64,000 bases of DNA from a virus (IMGVR_UViG_3300027744_000008), one strand, 5' to 3'. Shown: positions 38,659 to 47,973, counted from the first letter of the stretch. Made by a program: numbers and translations. Notes: a model not told the origin generated them from the sequence alone.

Positions 38659-39354
38659 ATGGCACAAACAATCAATGCAGATGATGGCGTAATATCAGGG
38701 TCAACTGGACTCAAGTTCACTGCTGACACCACAGGTATCTTAGCACTACAAAATAACGGAACAACACGAGTCACCGTTGACGCCAGTGGTAACTTGGTAG
38801 TAGGAACATTTACCACATCTATTGCAAAGAAATTTACAGTAGTCGGTGAAGGTAATTTTACTGATGCAAGCAGCACTACTAGACTGTACATGGGATTTGG
38901 TACTATCCCCACCACAGGCGGGACTGGTGCATACGTCTATAACGCAGACAATACAGCTTTAGTATTCGGCACTACTAACACAGAACGTATGCGTATCGAC
39001 TCCTCTGGCCGTGCTATATTTGCCGGCCTAATTTATCACAGCTCCAGCACCGCAGTTGCAGCTGCCGGTACTACACAAGGTACAGCCACTGCTCTTACAG
39101 CTCAAATTAATAATGTGACCACAGGCATTGATGGTACTGCAGGAGTTATATTACCCACACCTATTCAAGCTGGTCTAAGTATCTTTATTCGTAACGGATC
39201 AACATCACTGTCACTTAGGATCTATCCCCACAGTGGTGGTAATATTTCAGGCACCGGTGTTAATGCTGCTATAGAAATAGAATTTGCTACAGTTTTAGAA
39301 TTTATTGCCTTTGATACTACCAACTGGTACCTACCCAGCGCGGTACTTTCTTAA
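38659..39354 (+). CDS. Short tail fibre-like protein
   Basis: TERMRIDSSG linker; TAAATA 4 nt upstream; C-terminal GVILPT...IFIRNG...IYP domain. Confidence 0.65.
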   Translation: MAQTINADDGVISGSTGLKFTADTTGILALQNNGTTRVTVDASGNLVVGTFTTSIAKKFTVVGEGNFTDASSTTRLYMGFGTIPTTGGTGAYVYNADNTALVFGTTNTERMRIDSSGRAIFAGLIYHSSSTAVAAAGTTQGTATALTAQINNVTTGIDGTAGVILPTPIQAGLSIFIRNGSTSLSLRIYPHSGGNISGTGVNAAIEIEFATVLEFIAFDTTNWYLPSAVLS

Positions 39355-39804
39355 TTATATTAGATCAATTATATCAAATATTGTCTGTAGTTTTGTTCTA
39401 ATAATACGATTACTAAAACTATTACGCAGACCTTGATGGAGAGGTTTTGGCGCATGATCTACAGTGGTCCACGACCAACCAATATGTTCATTGCTGAGTG
39501 TAGGTATAAACTCTTGATCAATCACACAAAGATATGTGTGAAAATTAAACACTTGATCGTTGCTGACAAATGTTTCAAGTGGTATTGTTTTTAATACTAA
39601 AGGACTAAATCCAATTTCTTCAACAATTTCTCGTTGAAGTCCCTGCCATGGATTTTCACCTTCGTGAGTTGTACCGCCTACTAGGCCCCAAGTACCTTGA
39701 TGTTTACCCTTGGCTTTTTGCACCAGTAAAAATCTACCAGTTGTCTTGGCATAGAACAATGCACCTGAACAGATGATTTTATCAGTTATAGTTCTAGAAT
39801 CCAC
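39355..39804 (-). CDS. Nudix hydrolase
   Basis: Nudix box GGTTHEGENPWQGLQREIVEEIG fits GX5EX7REUXEEXG. Confidence 0.9.
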   Translation of the reverse strand: MDSRTITDKIICSGALFYAKTTGRFLLVQKAKGKHQGTWGLVGGTTHEGENPWQGLQREIVEEIGFSPLVLKTIPLETFVSNDQVFNFHTYLCVIDQEFIPTLSNEHIGWSWTTVDHAPKPLHQGLRNSFSNRIIRTKLQTIFDIIDLI

Positions 39805-41243
39805 ATACCCTCTCTATACTCGCCCTCAAAACTCTTAGTCCAAGAGTAGCCATCCCACTTGTACTGTATACCAGTATATATATTAGTTTGATAGACAGGA
39901 TCTTCTGTTCCTGGATGTTCCGCTGCTGCAAATATTATGTGCCATGCACCAGCACTCCATTCAATAATGTCATTTTCTTCTGCAACAAAATCACTGTTGT
40001 CATTGTTTTTCCAAGCATCAGGACCGTCTTCGTTACTGAGATCACCAATTTTTTCAATAATAAGATATCGTACACCTTCAACTGGCACTGGTAAACCAGC
40101 ACCGGGCCCTTTAGTTTGAGGATTAATAATGGCATTAAATGTTCCGGGGCTAGATACTCTAACACTAACGTAACCATTGTATTCATTTATTGCAGTATTA
40201 GTTGGATATGTATCACTGTCCCAGTTTATACTGACCAATGTTTCGTCTAAAGGATTGACAACAAACGTGCCAAACACTTCATGTCCGTTTTCTTGTATTA
40301 ATCTAATACTGCTATAATCAGCTATGTATTTTCCAGGATATTGATTTAACAATAGTCTCCAATTAATTCCTGGTCCAATTTTGTTAGGCACGCCATAGGG
40401 ATCATCAATGACCACAGGCTCGTGTGCTCCTAATAATCTGGCCGCACCCGCATATACCATTAGACCATAGCTTGATATTGTAGTTCTAACCTTGGACAAG
40501 ACAGCACCAGCTGGCGGACCGTAGTCATTAAGGGCAGGATCAATGCCCAACCCTTCAATATAAGTTTCCGGATCATTAATGCCGCCATCCAACACACTGG
40601 TAATAATTTTAGTAATAATACCAAGTTGGCGAACTTTGACCGGCGGACTCAACCAGATCGGTGTGGTTAGGTTAACAGTGGCAATGTCAATGGGACTGTC
40701 TACACCCACTGGTATTTGTCTTGACGAAAATATAATATCATCTAAATTTAATACACTTAGACTGGTCCAATCGATATAGTTGTCAGTGGTCTGAATTTCA
40801 ACACTGGGATTAAACAACACCAGAATCTGCTCCATGATCTGTAACTTTTGATCAGTACTAGTGGACCATATCTCAACTTTAAGAGACAGTTTGTAGGGAG
40901 TAGGCATGATGCGTTCAACTGTATAGTTTGCACCTTGCTCATTGGTATAGACATCGTCAACAATGTCACGTTCTCTAATATGCAGTTTACCAACATAGGT
41001 ACTGTCACCTAGTCTATCTCTCTCTAAAGCTAGTCCGCTGATACTGACAGCAATACGTGGAGCACTGTTGATCTTGTTTTCTGAATTTTGTTTGATAATG
41101 TTGGCCACTTGACGATCAGCATCACCATACATCACAGGTACTCGCACTAGTGTGCCATCACCGTACTTAACATAAAAATTACTAAAAAATCTTGTAACTT
41201 GTAGAATATATCGTCTAATTTGCCCATCGTAATAATGCATCAT
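39786..41243 (-). CDS. gp15: Tail completion/terminator protein, T4 gp15-like, with C-terminal extension
   Basis: YDGQIRRY...FSN...RVPVMYG, P.PY.L...I....DQ.LQI.EQI...FNP motifs; adjacent to gp14/gp13-like genes. Confidence 0.75.
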   Translation of the reverse strand: MMHYYDGQIRRYILQVTRFFSNFYVKYGDGTLVRVPVMYGDADRQVANIIKQNSENKINSAPRIAVSISGLALERDRLGDSTYVGKLHIRERDIVDDVYTNEQGANYTVERIMPTPYKLSLKVEIWSTSTDQKLQIMEQILVLFNPSVEIQTTDNYIDWTSLSVLNLDDIIFSSRQIPVGVDSPIDIATVNLTTPIWLSPPVKVRQLGIITKIITSVLDGGINDPETYIEGLGIDPALNDYGPPAGAVLSKVRTTISSYGLMVYAGAARLLGAHEPVVIDDPYGVPNKIGPGINWRLLLNQYPGKYIADYSSIRLIQENGHEVFGTFVVNPLDETLVSINWDSDTYPTNTAINEYNGYVSVRVSSPGTFNAIINPQTKGPGAGLPVPVEGVRYLIIEKIGDLSNEDGPDAWKNNDNSDFVAEENDIIEWSAGAWHIIFAAAEHPGTEDPVYQTNIYTGIQYKWDGYSWTKSFEGEYREGMWILEL

Positions 41244-42634
41244 TATACGTCTGCCTCTGGTTTATATTTAATTGCTTTACTGAGTGCCTGTCGCTCTGGC
41301 ACTGAACTGGCAAACAACTTCCACTGTATTTGATCACCGTCGGCCGCAGTCTTACTCAGAGTGATAATAGTATTACCGCCTAGACCCGAAGAAGTTGTAG
41401 CACTGATTTTAGTATCATTGATATAGGCAGTGGCAATCACTCCAGCGGCATAGGCCACACTAGTTTGAATAGCTGTAGTATTACCAACCGCAGTAACATA
41501 GTCTCGACCAATTTGATTCTTTCCAGTTATGTTGGCATTGTTGATGAAACTAGTTTTCTGTGTTTGACGTTGGTCATTGTTGGTCATGGTCATGCGTAGA
41601 TTATCTTCTACCTTGATCCAAGTAGTACCATTGAAACGGAACAGTCTATTGGGCATAAAATCAGTACGTAGAAAGAAATCATCTCTAGCAGCCGACACTG
41701 GAAATTGTATACCGTGACCAAATGGATTTAATAAGTTGTTAAACCCGTTGGGTTCGTTTCCATCGCTGACTAGATAACCAGTGTAACCTTTGCGTAATGG
41801 TTTACCGTTAATTTCGCTGGCATCTTCGTTGGCATTACTAGCATCAATATCATCTTCGTCGGCACTTCTAAGTATTGGATTACCTTGTTCATCTACTGAC
41901 AGCGTGTATAACTGACGTGTTTCATAGCCACTTAACGGAGCATCTGCTTCTGCTTGAGCAATCATAGCATCATTAATTTCGTACTCTTTTCCTCTAGTGC
42001 TTAATAAATCACGTAGAGTAGTATCGCTTTCTGTACCGTCAGCATTGGACGCTTTCTGATCAAGAATATCAGCAAACTGTTGAGCGTCAATAATCTTTTT
42101 AAGTTTTAATCTGTATAAGTGTGGCCACCATGTTATTGAAAAGCCTTCACTGGCCCGTCCTACATCTTCTATAGCATAGTAACGAGGTAGGCCTATGCTA
42201 AAATCATTCAAGGCAAATTCATCACGCAGATGTGGAAACTCTAATACATCACCGCTTAGAGGTTTGCGTCCTACAAGTTTAATCCAATCATTAATATGCA
42301 CAGTTAGAAAAACTGTGTCATTGTCAATGAACAGGCCAAATTGGCTTAGATTAAAATCAATATTTTGTACGTTATAAACACCACGTACTCGATAAATTTC
42401 TGGTTCGTATTTACGATCCCTATTTTCTAAGAACAGCAGATCTTGTATATTAGTAGGTGATAGCGAGTCATAATGCGGCTCTGCTGCGGTAGCATTGCCC
42501 TCATCAGTGTTAACTCCTAGATATTTGTGTAGGTAAAGCTCAGTTCCGCCAATCTGAAACATCTCAGAAACTTGGCGGTCAATGAACTTATAATCGTTGC
42601 CCTTTTCGGGTTTGTATAGGCTTAAGCGTGGCAT
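41243..42634 (-). CDS. gp14: Neck/head-closure protein, T4 gp14-like, extended
   Basis: LSQFGLFI..D....TVH...W...GRKP..GDVL..P..HLY.LK pattern; adjacent to gp13- and gp15-like genes. Confidence 0.6.
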   Translation of the reverse strand: MPRLSLYKPEKGNDYKFIDRQVSEMFQIGGTELYLHKYLGVNTDEGNATAAEPHYDSLSPTNIQDLLFLENRDRKYEPEIYRVRGVYNVQNIDFNLSQFGLFIDNDTVFLTVHINDWIKLVGRKPLSGDVLEFPHLRDEFALNDFSIGLPRYYAIEDVGRASEGFSITWWPHLYRLKLKKIIDAQQFADILDQKASNADGTESDTTLRDLLSTRGKEYEINDAMIAQAEADAPLSGYETRQLYTLSVDEQGNPILRSADEDDIDASNANEDASEINGKPLRKGYTGYLVSDGNEPNGFNNLLNPFGHGIQFPVSAARDDFFLRTDFMPNRLFRFNGTTWIKVEDNLRMTMTNNDQRQTQKTSFINNANITGKNQIGRDYVTAVGNTTAIQTSVAYAAGVIATAYINDTKISATTSSGLGGNTIITLSKTAADGDQIQWKLFASSVPERQALSKAIKYKPEADV

Positions 42635-42641
42635 AGTAGTA

Positions 42642-42657
42642 TATTTATCGGTAAATA
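42642..42657. promoter_or_regulatory. Back-to-back late promoters TATTTA-tcgg-TAAATA
   Basis: Inverted repeat giving TAAATA on both strands in the 46-bp gap between divergent genes. Confidence 0.7.
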
Positions 42658-42680
42658 ACTATTGTAAGAGAGGAATTCCA

Positions 42681-43451
42681 ATGGATACGGTTACAGCAAA
42701 TCAAGCGGTACAAGAAGTATATAACTACGTTAAAACCATGCTAGGCGACGGTATGGTCGAGGTAGAACTTGATCCCGTACATTATGAAACAGCATTAAAA
42801 CGTGCTCTATCACGATTTCGTCAGCGCAGTAGTGCAGCCGTAGAAGACGCCTACTACTTTTTAGAATTAATTAAAGATCAAAACGAATATCGTTTACCTG
42901 ACGAAATCATCAACGTACAGAGTCTATATCGTAGGGCAATCGGATCTAGAAGTGGCATGGGCAGCGGCGGCACACTATTCGAACCCTTTAACTTGGCCTA
43001 CACAAACACCTACTTGCTAAACAGCACTATGATGGGAGGTATTGCAACCTATGACATGTTTGCTCAATACCAAGAAATGGTAGGACGCATGTTTGGTTCG
43101 TTTATCGAATTCCAATGGATACAGCATAGTCATACTCTACGTATTCTACAGCGCCCTTTTGCTGAAGGGGAGCAAATTATGATCCGTGGTCAAAATTATA
43201 AACCAGACTGGGTTATTATTGGAGACATATATGCAGGCCAGTGGATCAAGGATTACACTCTGGCTATATGTAAAACCATACTAGGCGAAGCTCGCGGCAA
43301 ATTTGCTCAAATTGCTGGCCCAGGTGGCGCAGGTGGTCTAAATGGCACAGACTTAAAGTCCGCAGGCAAAGAAGAAATTGAAAAGTTAGAAAAAGAAATC
43401 GAAATGTATGTTACTGGGCATACTGGCACTTATACTTTTGTAATTGGTTAA
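42681..43451 (+). CDS. gp13: Neck protein, T4 gp13-like
   Basis: LG...V.VEL.....E.A...AL and WIKDY.LA..K.ILG..RGKF..I.GPGG...LNG motifs; start placed at ATG 42681 after GAGAGGA SD. Confidence 0.85.
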   Translation: MDTVTANQAVQEVYNYVKTMLGDGMVEVELDPVHYETALKRALSRFRQRSSAAVEDAYYFLELIKDQNEYRLPDEIINVQSLYRRAIGSRSGMGSGGTLFEPFNLAYTNTYLLNSTMMGGIATYDMFAQYQEMVGRMFGSFIEFQWIQHSHTLRILQRPFAEGEQIMIRGQNYKPDWVIIGDIYAGQWIKDYTLAICKTILGEARGKFAQIAGPGGAGGLNGTDLKSAGKEEIEKLEKEIEMYVTGHTGTYTFVIG

Positions 43452-43459
43452 AGAAAATA

Positions 43460-43488
43460 TTGACTCTGTAATCTTTTTGTTATATAAT
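43460..43488 (+). promoter_or_regulatory. Sigma70-type promoter TTGACT-N17-TATAAT
   Basis: -35 at 43460-43465, -10 at 43483-43488, upstream of GAGG SD and the kinase gene. Confidence 0.8.
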
Positions 43489-43507
43489 ACACTATACGAG
43501 GTGTTTT

Positions 43508-44206
43508 ATGATCATAGGCGTGTGCGGTTTTATCGGGGCGGGAAAAGACACAGTGGCTGATTATCTTACTAATTTTCATGGATTTAGAAGAGAAAGTTTT
43601 GCCAATAGTCTTAAAGATGCAGTGGCTCAAGTGTTCGGTTGGGACAGAACCATGCTAGAGGGGCGCACAAAACAAGCCCGTGAATGGCGCGAACAAGTAG
43701 ATCCGTGGTGGTCAGAACGCTTGAACATGCCTAACCTAACACCACGATGGGTATTACAATACTGGGGCACAGAAGTTTGTCGCAGAGCATTTCATGATGA
43801 TATCTGGATTGCAAGTTTAGAAAACAAACTACGCACCAGCAAGGACGATATAGTTATATCAGACTGTCGTTTCCCCAACGAAATCAAATCAATCAAAGAC
43901 GCTGGCGGCATTGTTGTTCGTGTTGTTCGAGGTCCAGAGCCTGAATGGTATGAAGATGCTGTCAATGCAAATCGTGGAGAAAATGGTAATTACTCTTGGG
44001 TCACTAGTCGTAGTAGACTTGAAAAGCTGGGTATTCATGCCAGCGAAACAGCATGGGTTGGCACTGACTTTGACAAAGTCTTAGATAATAACAGCACCAT
44101 TGACGACTTATATAATCAAGTTATAAATCTGGTACCAGATCGCCCTGTGTCCAACGACTCCCTTCTTTATGGAGCACTCTCTGGCAGTTGGCACATACCG
44201 TCTTAA
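43508..44206 (+). CDS. Deoxynucleoside monophosphate kinase, T4 gp1-like
   Basis: P-loop GFIGAGKDT, FA..LKD, PRWVLQ.WGTE, ISDCRFPNE and H.SE motifs. Confidence 0.9.
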   Translation: MIIGVCGFIGAGKDTVADYLTNFHGFRRESFANSLKDAVAQVFGWDRTMLEGRTKQAREWREQVDPWWSERLNMPNLTPRWVLQYWGTEVCRRAFHDDIWIASLENKLRTSKDDIVISDCRFPNEIKSIKDAGGIVVRVVRGPEPEWYEDAVNANRGENGNYSWVTSRSRLEKLGIHASETAWVGTDFDKVLDNNSTIDDLYNQVINLVPDRPVSNDSLLYGALSGSWHIPS

Positions 44207-44456
44207 GATTTGCAGGACGACAATTATCTAGATCTCCGTCGATGTGGAACACATTAAACTGTTCCTTGTACTTAGATCTAAATCCACATTTTTCACAAGT
44301 GTCCTTTTGCCGGTAGCCACTGGTATACCACTTAGGTAGTCCAGTGCTTAGACCTCTAGCACAATGATCGCATTTAGACCTATAGTAAGGTTTTTTTGCT
44401 TTATAATAATTTATAGCCGCTGGTCTTAGACCACATTTTTTGCATAGACTTCTCAT
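44121..44456 (-). CDS. Zn-finger/HNH-like protein
   Basis: Four CxxC pairs; HIDGDLDN...NLKTVCANC is an HNH-like motif. Confidence 0.75.
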   Translation of the reverse strand: MRSLCKKCGLRPAAINYYKAKKPYYRSKCDHCARGLSTGLPKWYTSGYRQKDTCEKCGFRSKYKEQFNVFHIDGDLDNCRPANLKTVCANCQRVLHKEGSRWTQGDLVPDL

Positions 44457-44517
44457 ACCTGCCCTTTTCTTGCCCTTTTCTATATGTATTTAACCTTGGT
44501 ATTTTAATCAAATCCAC

Positions 44518-44523
44518 TAAATA
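44518..44523 (+). promoter_or_regulatory. Late-promoter-like TAAATA for the sheath-tube operon
   Basis: TAAATA upstream of AAGGAG SD and ATG at 44556; a second TAAATA on the minus strand at 44487-44492 faces the HNH-like gene. Confidence 0.6.
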
Positions 44524-44555
44524 CTATTAGAACAAGGACTCAAGGAGATCAACAA

Positions 44556-47500
44556 ATGGCCCAATTGGAATCACCAGGCGTAGCAGTTACAGTTATAGAT
44601 GAAAGTTTTTATACTCCAGCTGCTCCCGGAACAACCCCACTTATTATCGTAGCATCAAAACAAGATAAACAAAACGGCGCAGGCACTGGTGTTGCATTAG
44701 GCACCACGCAGGCAAACGCTGGCAAAGTATATCTATTGACCAGTCAGAAAGATTTAGCAGACACATTTGGAACCCCAAGATTTATTACTGATAGTAATAA
44801 CAATCCTGTACACGGTTCAGAATTAAACGAATACGGCCTGCAAGCAGCATACTCATATCTAGGTGTTAGTAACAGAGCCTATGTAGTTCGCGCAGACATT
44901 GACCTAGGACAATTAGAAGCAAGTGCAGAAGCACCCACCGGTGAACCTGTAAACGGTACTTACTGGGTAGACGTGGGATCAACAAAATTTGGTATTTTCC
45001 AATGGAATGGCGAACCTGCTAATGTAACAGGGGGCCAGACTTTTACAAATAAAGTTCCTCTAGTTATCACTGACGCCGCTAAAGTATTAGATGGAGGTCA
45101 ACCAAGAACTAGTATAGGTTCGGTAGGAGACTATGCTGTAGTTGCAACTTCAAGTACTTTTAGAATCTGGTACAAATCACCAGCAATTGGGCAATATAGG
45201 CCTGTTTTGTGGGTAGAAGTAGGCAGTGCCGACTGGGTTAACAGCTGGCCTACATTGACCACTGGGGTCGTTGACCTTACTAATATTAGTGATCTATCTC
45301 AGTTTAATATTAACGATCAATTAATAACCATTGAAGCAGCCATTCCTGGAAGTCCTACACTGCAAGATATTGTAGATGCTATTAATTTAGATACTCCCGA
45401 AGGTACAGTTGCCGTCGTCCGCGCAGGCAGAATTCTTATATATTCTGATTTTGAACCAATTGTGATCGACAGCACCGGAATAGTCCAAGAAGATCTTGTA
45501 GATTTTGAAGCATTAGGGGTAGTAGAACCTGGCGTGGCAATCCCTGTTCCAACTATACAAATCTCAAAACATACTCAAGTTCCTAATTGGAGTTTAAAAG
45601 GTGACGAACCTCGTGTATCAGGAAGTGTGTGGATTAAAACTACTGAATATAATGCTGGAGCAAAATGGGTTGTAAAACGTTACGATTCTTCTACTTCATC
45701 TTGGGTAACACAACTGGCTCCATTATATCCTAATGGCTACTCGGCACTGTACGGTTTAGATGTAGCAGGTGGTGGCTCAAAACTTCCAATAAACACTCTT
45801 TACATCAAAACTAATGATGGCGAAAGTGATCCAGTAATAGCAGATTTTAAAGTATATCGTCGTAGTGCAGTTGGCGCAACAACTATCACATCGGATGTTA
45901 TTACCGACACAACATTTACAGACGGTGTAACATATCAAGTAGCTATAAGAGAATCATTAAAGGGCCAAGATACTCTAGGTAATGAAGTTATTGTAAGCAT
46001 TATTGGCGCTGACCCACTTGATCTTCCAAGCGGCGCTCTTACAAAAGCTCAGGCAGATGCAGAATCATTAGCAGCGGCGATCTCAGAGGCAACCGACATT
46101 GACGGCAACGGATTTTTTAATCTAACAGCAGAAGTTACTGCCCAAAATAAAGTTAAGATTACACATCTATTAGGCGGTGATTTTGAACTTGTAGACGACA
46201 CTGCTCAACGAACTATTGCAACGTTATTTGTAGGTGACTCTAATTTCTTCGAAGCGCCACCGAGTATTCAAGACGATATTGAAGATCCTAATCATTTTTT
46301 AGCATCATTATGGAAACCACTAAGTGGTGCTGTGAACAGTATAACACAACCTACTACTGAACCAGAAGATGGCACATTGTGGTATAATTCGATATACGAC
46401 GAAGTTGATTTATTAGTGCATAATGGTAGTGCATGGGTTGGTCTGCAATATGACGGATTAACAGGGTTATCGGATACAGCATCACCATTCAGTGGTACAG
46501 CAGATATTAACGGTCCTATTACTTCTTCTACAATGCCGACGAAACAAAGTGATGGCATAACAGATCTAGGTGAAGGCGACATATGGATTGATCCTAGCCA
46601 ACCTGAATTTTATCCTTTTATTTTTAAGTGGAATACATCAACGTTTAAATGGGATCAGTTAGATACAACAGATGATACCACTGAAAATGGAGTTTTATTT
46701 GCAGATGCTCGTTGGGGAGTCGACGGCGGAACTTCTACAGTTGCAACAAAAAGCACTATTAAAGAATTATTGTCAAGCGATTACGTAGACCCAGATTCTC
46801 CTGTTCCTGCACTATATCCAAGAGGTATGTTGCTTTGGAACACACGACGATCAGGTTGGAACGTGAAAAAATACGTTAAAAATTATATAGAGACAGAGGC
46901 TGACTCAATTAATAGTCGTCAAGGTGGTGTTTCGACTACAAATTACTTCCCGCATCGTTGGGTAACTGAATCAGGTAACCAAGAAAACGGTGCAGGACGT
47001 TTTTCACGACAAGCTCAAAGACAAGTGGTGTTAGTTGCATTAAGAGCACTGGTCAACAGTAATCAAGAAATACGAGATGAAGAAAGTCGAGTGTTTAACT
47101 TAATTGCTGCGCCTGGATACGAAGAACTAACTGGACCAATGGTTAACTTAAACTATGATCGTGGATTAACAGCGTTTGTTGTAGGCGACTCACCAAGTCG
47201 TTTACCACCTGATGCTACAAGTTTAAGCAACTGGGGCACCAACGTTTACGGCAGTGTTATAGACGATGTACTCGGATTAGTTACAAATGATGAATACTTA
47301 GGTGTATTTTATCCATGGGGATTCACTAGTGATAACTTAGGTAAGAACATTGTTGTACCACCAAGCCATATGATGTTACGTACTATTGCTCTAAGCGATA
47401 ATGTAAGTTATCCATGGTTTGCTCCTGCAGGTACACGCCGCGGTGGGATTACCAATGCAAGTGCAGTTGGATACATTGATTTTGTATCAGGCGAGTTTCA

Positions 47501-47960
47501 AAGCGTAGCACTGAATACTGGACAACGCGATGTACTGCAAAAAATTTGTAAAGTCAATCCGTTGACATTTATCACCGGTACAGGACTTGTTAACTACGGT
47601 CAATTGACTCGTGCTAGAAATGCAAGCTCATTGGATCGCATCAACGTAGCTCGACTAATAGTTTATCTACGTCGTCAACTAAACAATCTAGCAAAACCAT
47701 ATATCTTTGAACCAAATGATAAGATTACTAGAGATGAAATTAAACAAGCCGCTGAAAGTCTAATGTTAGAATTAGTTGGACAACGTGCCATATATGACTT
47801 CTTAGTTGTATGTGATACTAGCAATAACACGCCGACAAGAATTGATCGTAATGAACTATATCTTGACATTGCCATTGAGCCAGTTAAAGCAGTTGAATTT
47901 ATCTACATTCCACTACGCTTGAAAAATACCGGTGAAATCAAAGGCCTTGGCGGCAAATAA
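44556..47960 (+). CDS. gp18: Tail sheath protein, T4 gp18-like, enlarged
   Basis: SPGV.V..ID.S start; PWFAPAG..RG, DRINVARL..YL, FEPND..TR, CD.SNNTP..IDRNE and IEPVKAVEFIYI motifs. Confidence 0.95.
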   Translation: MAQLESPGVAVTVIDESFYTPAAPGTTPLIIVASKQDKQNGAGTGVALGTTQANAGKVYLLTSQKDLADTFGTPRFITDSNNNPVHGSELNEYGLQAAYSYLGVSNRAYVVRADIDLGQLEASAEAPTGEPVNGTYWVDVGSTKFGIFQWNGEPANVTGGQTFTNKVPLVITDAAKVLDGGQPRTSIGSVGDYAVVATSSTFRIWYKSPAIGQYRPVLWVEVGSADWVNSWPTLTTGVVDLTNISDLSQFNINDQLITIEAAIPGSPTLQDIVDAINLDTPEGTVAVVRAGRILIYSDFEPIVIDSTGIVQEDLVDFEALGVVEPGVAIPVPTIQISKHTQVPNWSLKGDEPRVSGSVWIKTTEYNAGAKWVVKRYDSSTSSWVTQLAPLYPNGYSALYGLDVAGGGSKLPINTLYIKTNDGESDPVIADFKVYRRSAVGATTITSDVITDTTFTDGVTYQVAIRESLKGQDTLGNEVIVSIIGADPLDLPSGALTKAQADAESLAAAISEATDIDGNGFFNLTAEVTAQNKVKITHLLGGDFELVDDTAQRTIATLFVGDSNFFEAPPSIQDDIEDPNHFLASLWKPLSGAVNSITQPTTEPEDGTLWYNSIYDEVDLLVHNGSAWVGLQYDGLTGLSDTASPFSGTADINGPITSSTMPTKQSDGITDLGEGDIWIDPSQPEFYPFIFKWNTSTFKWDQLDTTDDTTENGVLFADARWGVDGGTSTVATKSTIKELLSSDYVDPDSPVPALYPRGMLLWNTRRSGWNVKKYVKNYIETEADSINSRQGGVSTTNYFPHRWVTESGNQENGAGRFSRQAQRQVVLVALRALVNSNQEIRDEESRVFNLIAAPGYEELTGPMVNLNYDRGLTAFVVGDSPSRLPPDATSLSNWGTNVYGSVIDDVLGLVTNDEYLGVFYPWGFTSDNLGKNIVVPPSHMMLRTIALSDNVSYPWFAPAGTRRGGITNASAVGYIDFVSGEFQSVALNTGQRDVLQKICKVNPLTFITGTGLVNYGQLTRARNASSLDRINVARLIVYLRRQLNNLAKPYIFEPNDKITRDEIKQAAESLMLELVGQRAIYDFLVVCDTSNNTPTRIDRNELYLDIAIEPVKAVEFIYIPLRLKNTGEIKGLGGK

Positions 47961-47973
47961 TTAGGAGATAAAA

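Noticed and set aside
1824-38915. Numerous 60-160 aa minus-strand ORFs in the track
   Set aside because: They are antisense shadows of long plus-strand genes, caused by codon bias; no RBS or recognisable motifs.
42597-42680. Longer N-terminus for the gp13-like gene
   Set aside because: It would overlap the divergent gene start and promoter; ATG 42681 has a good SD.
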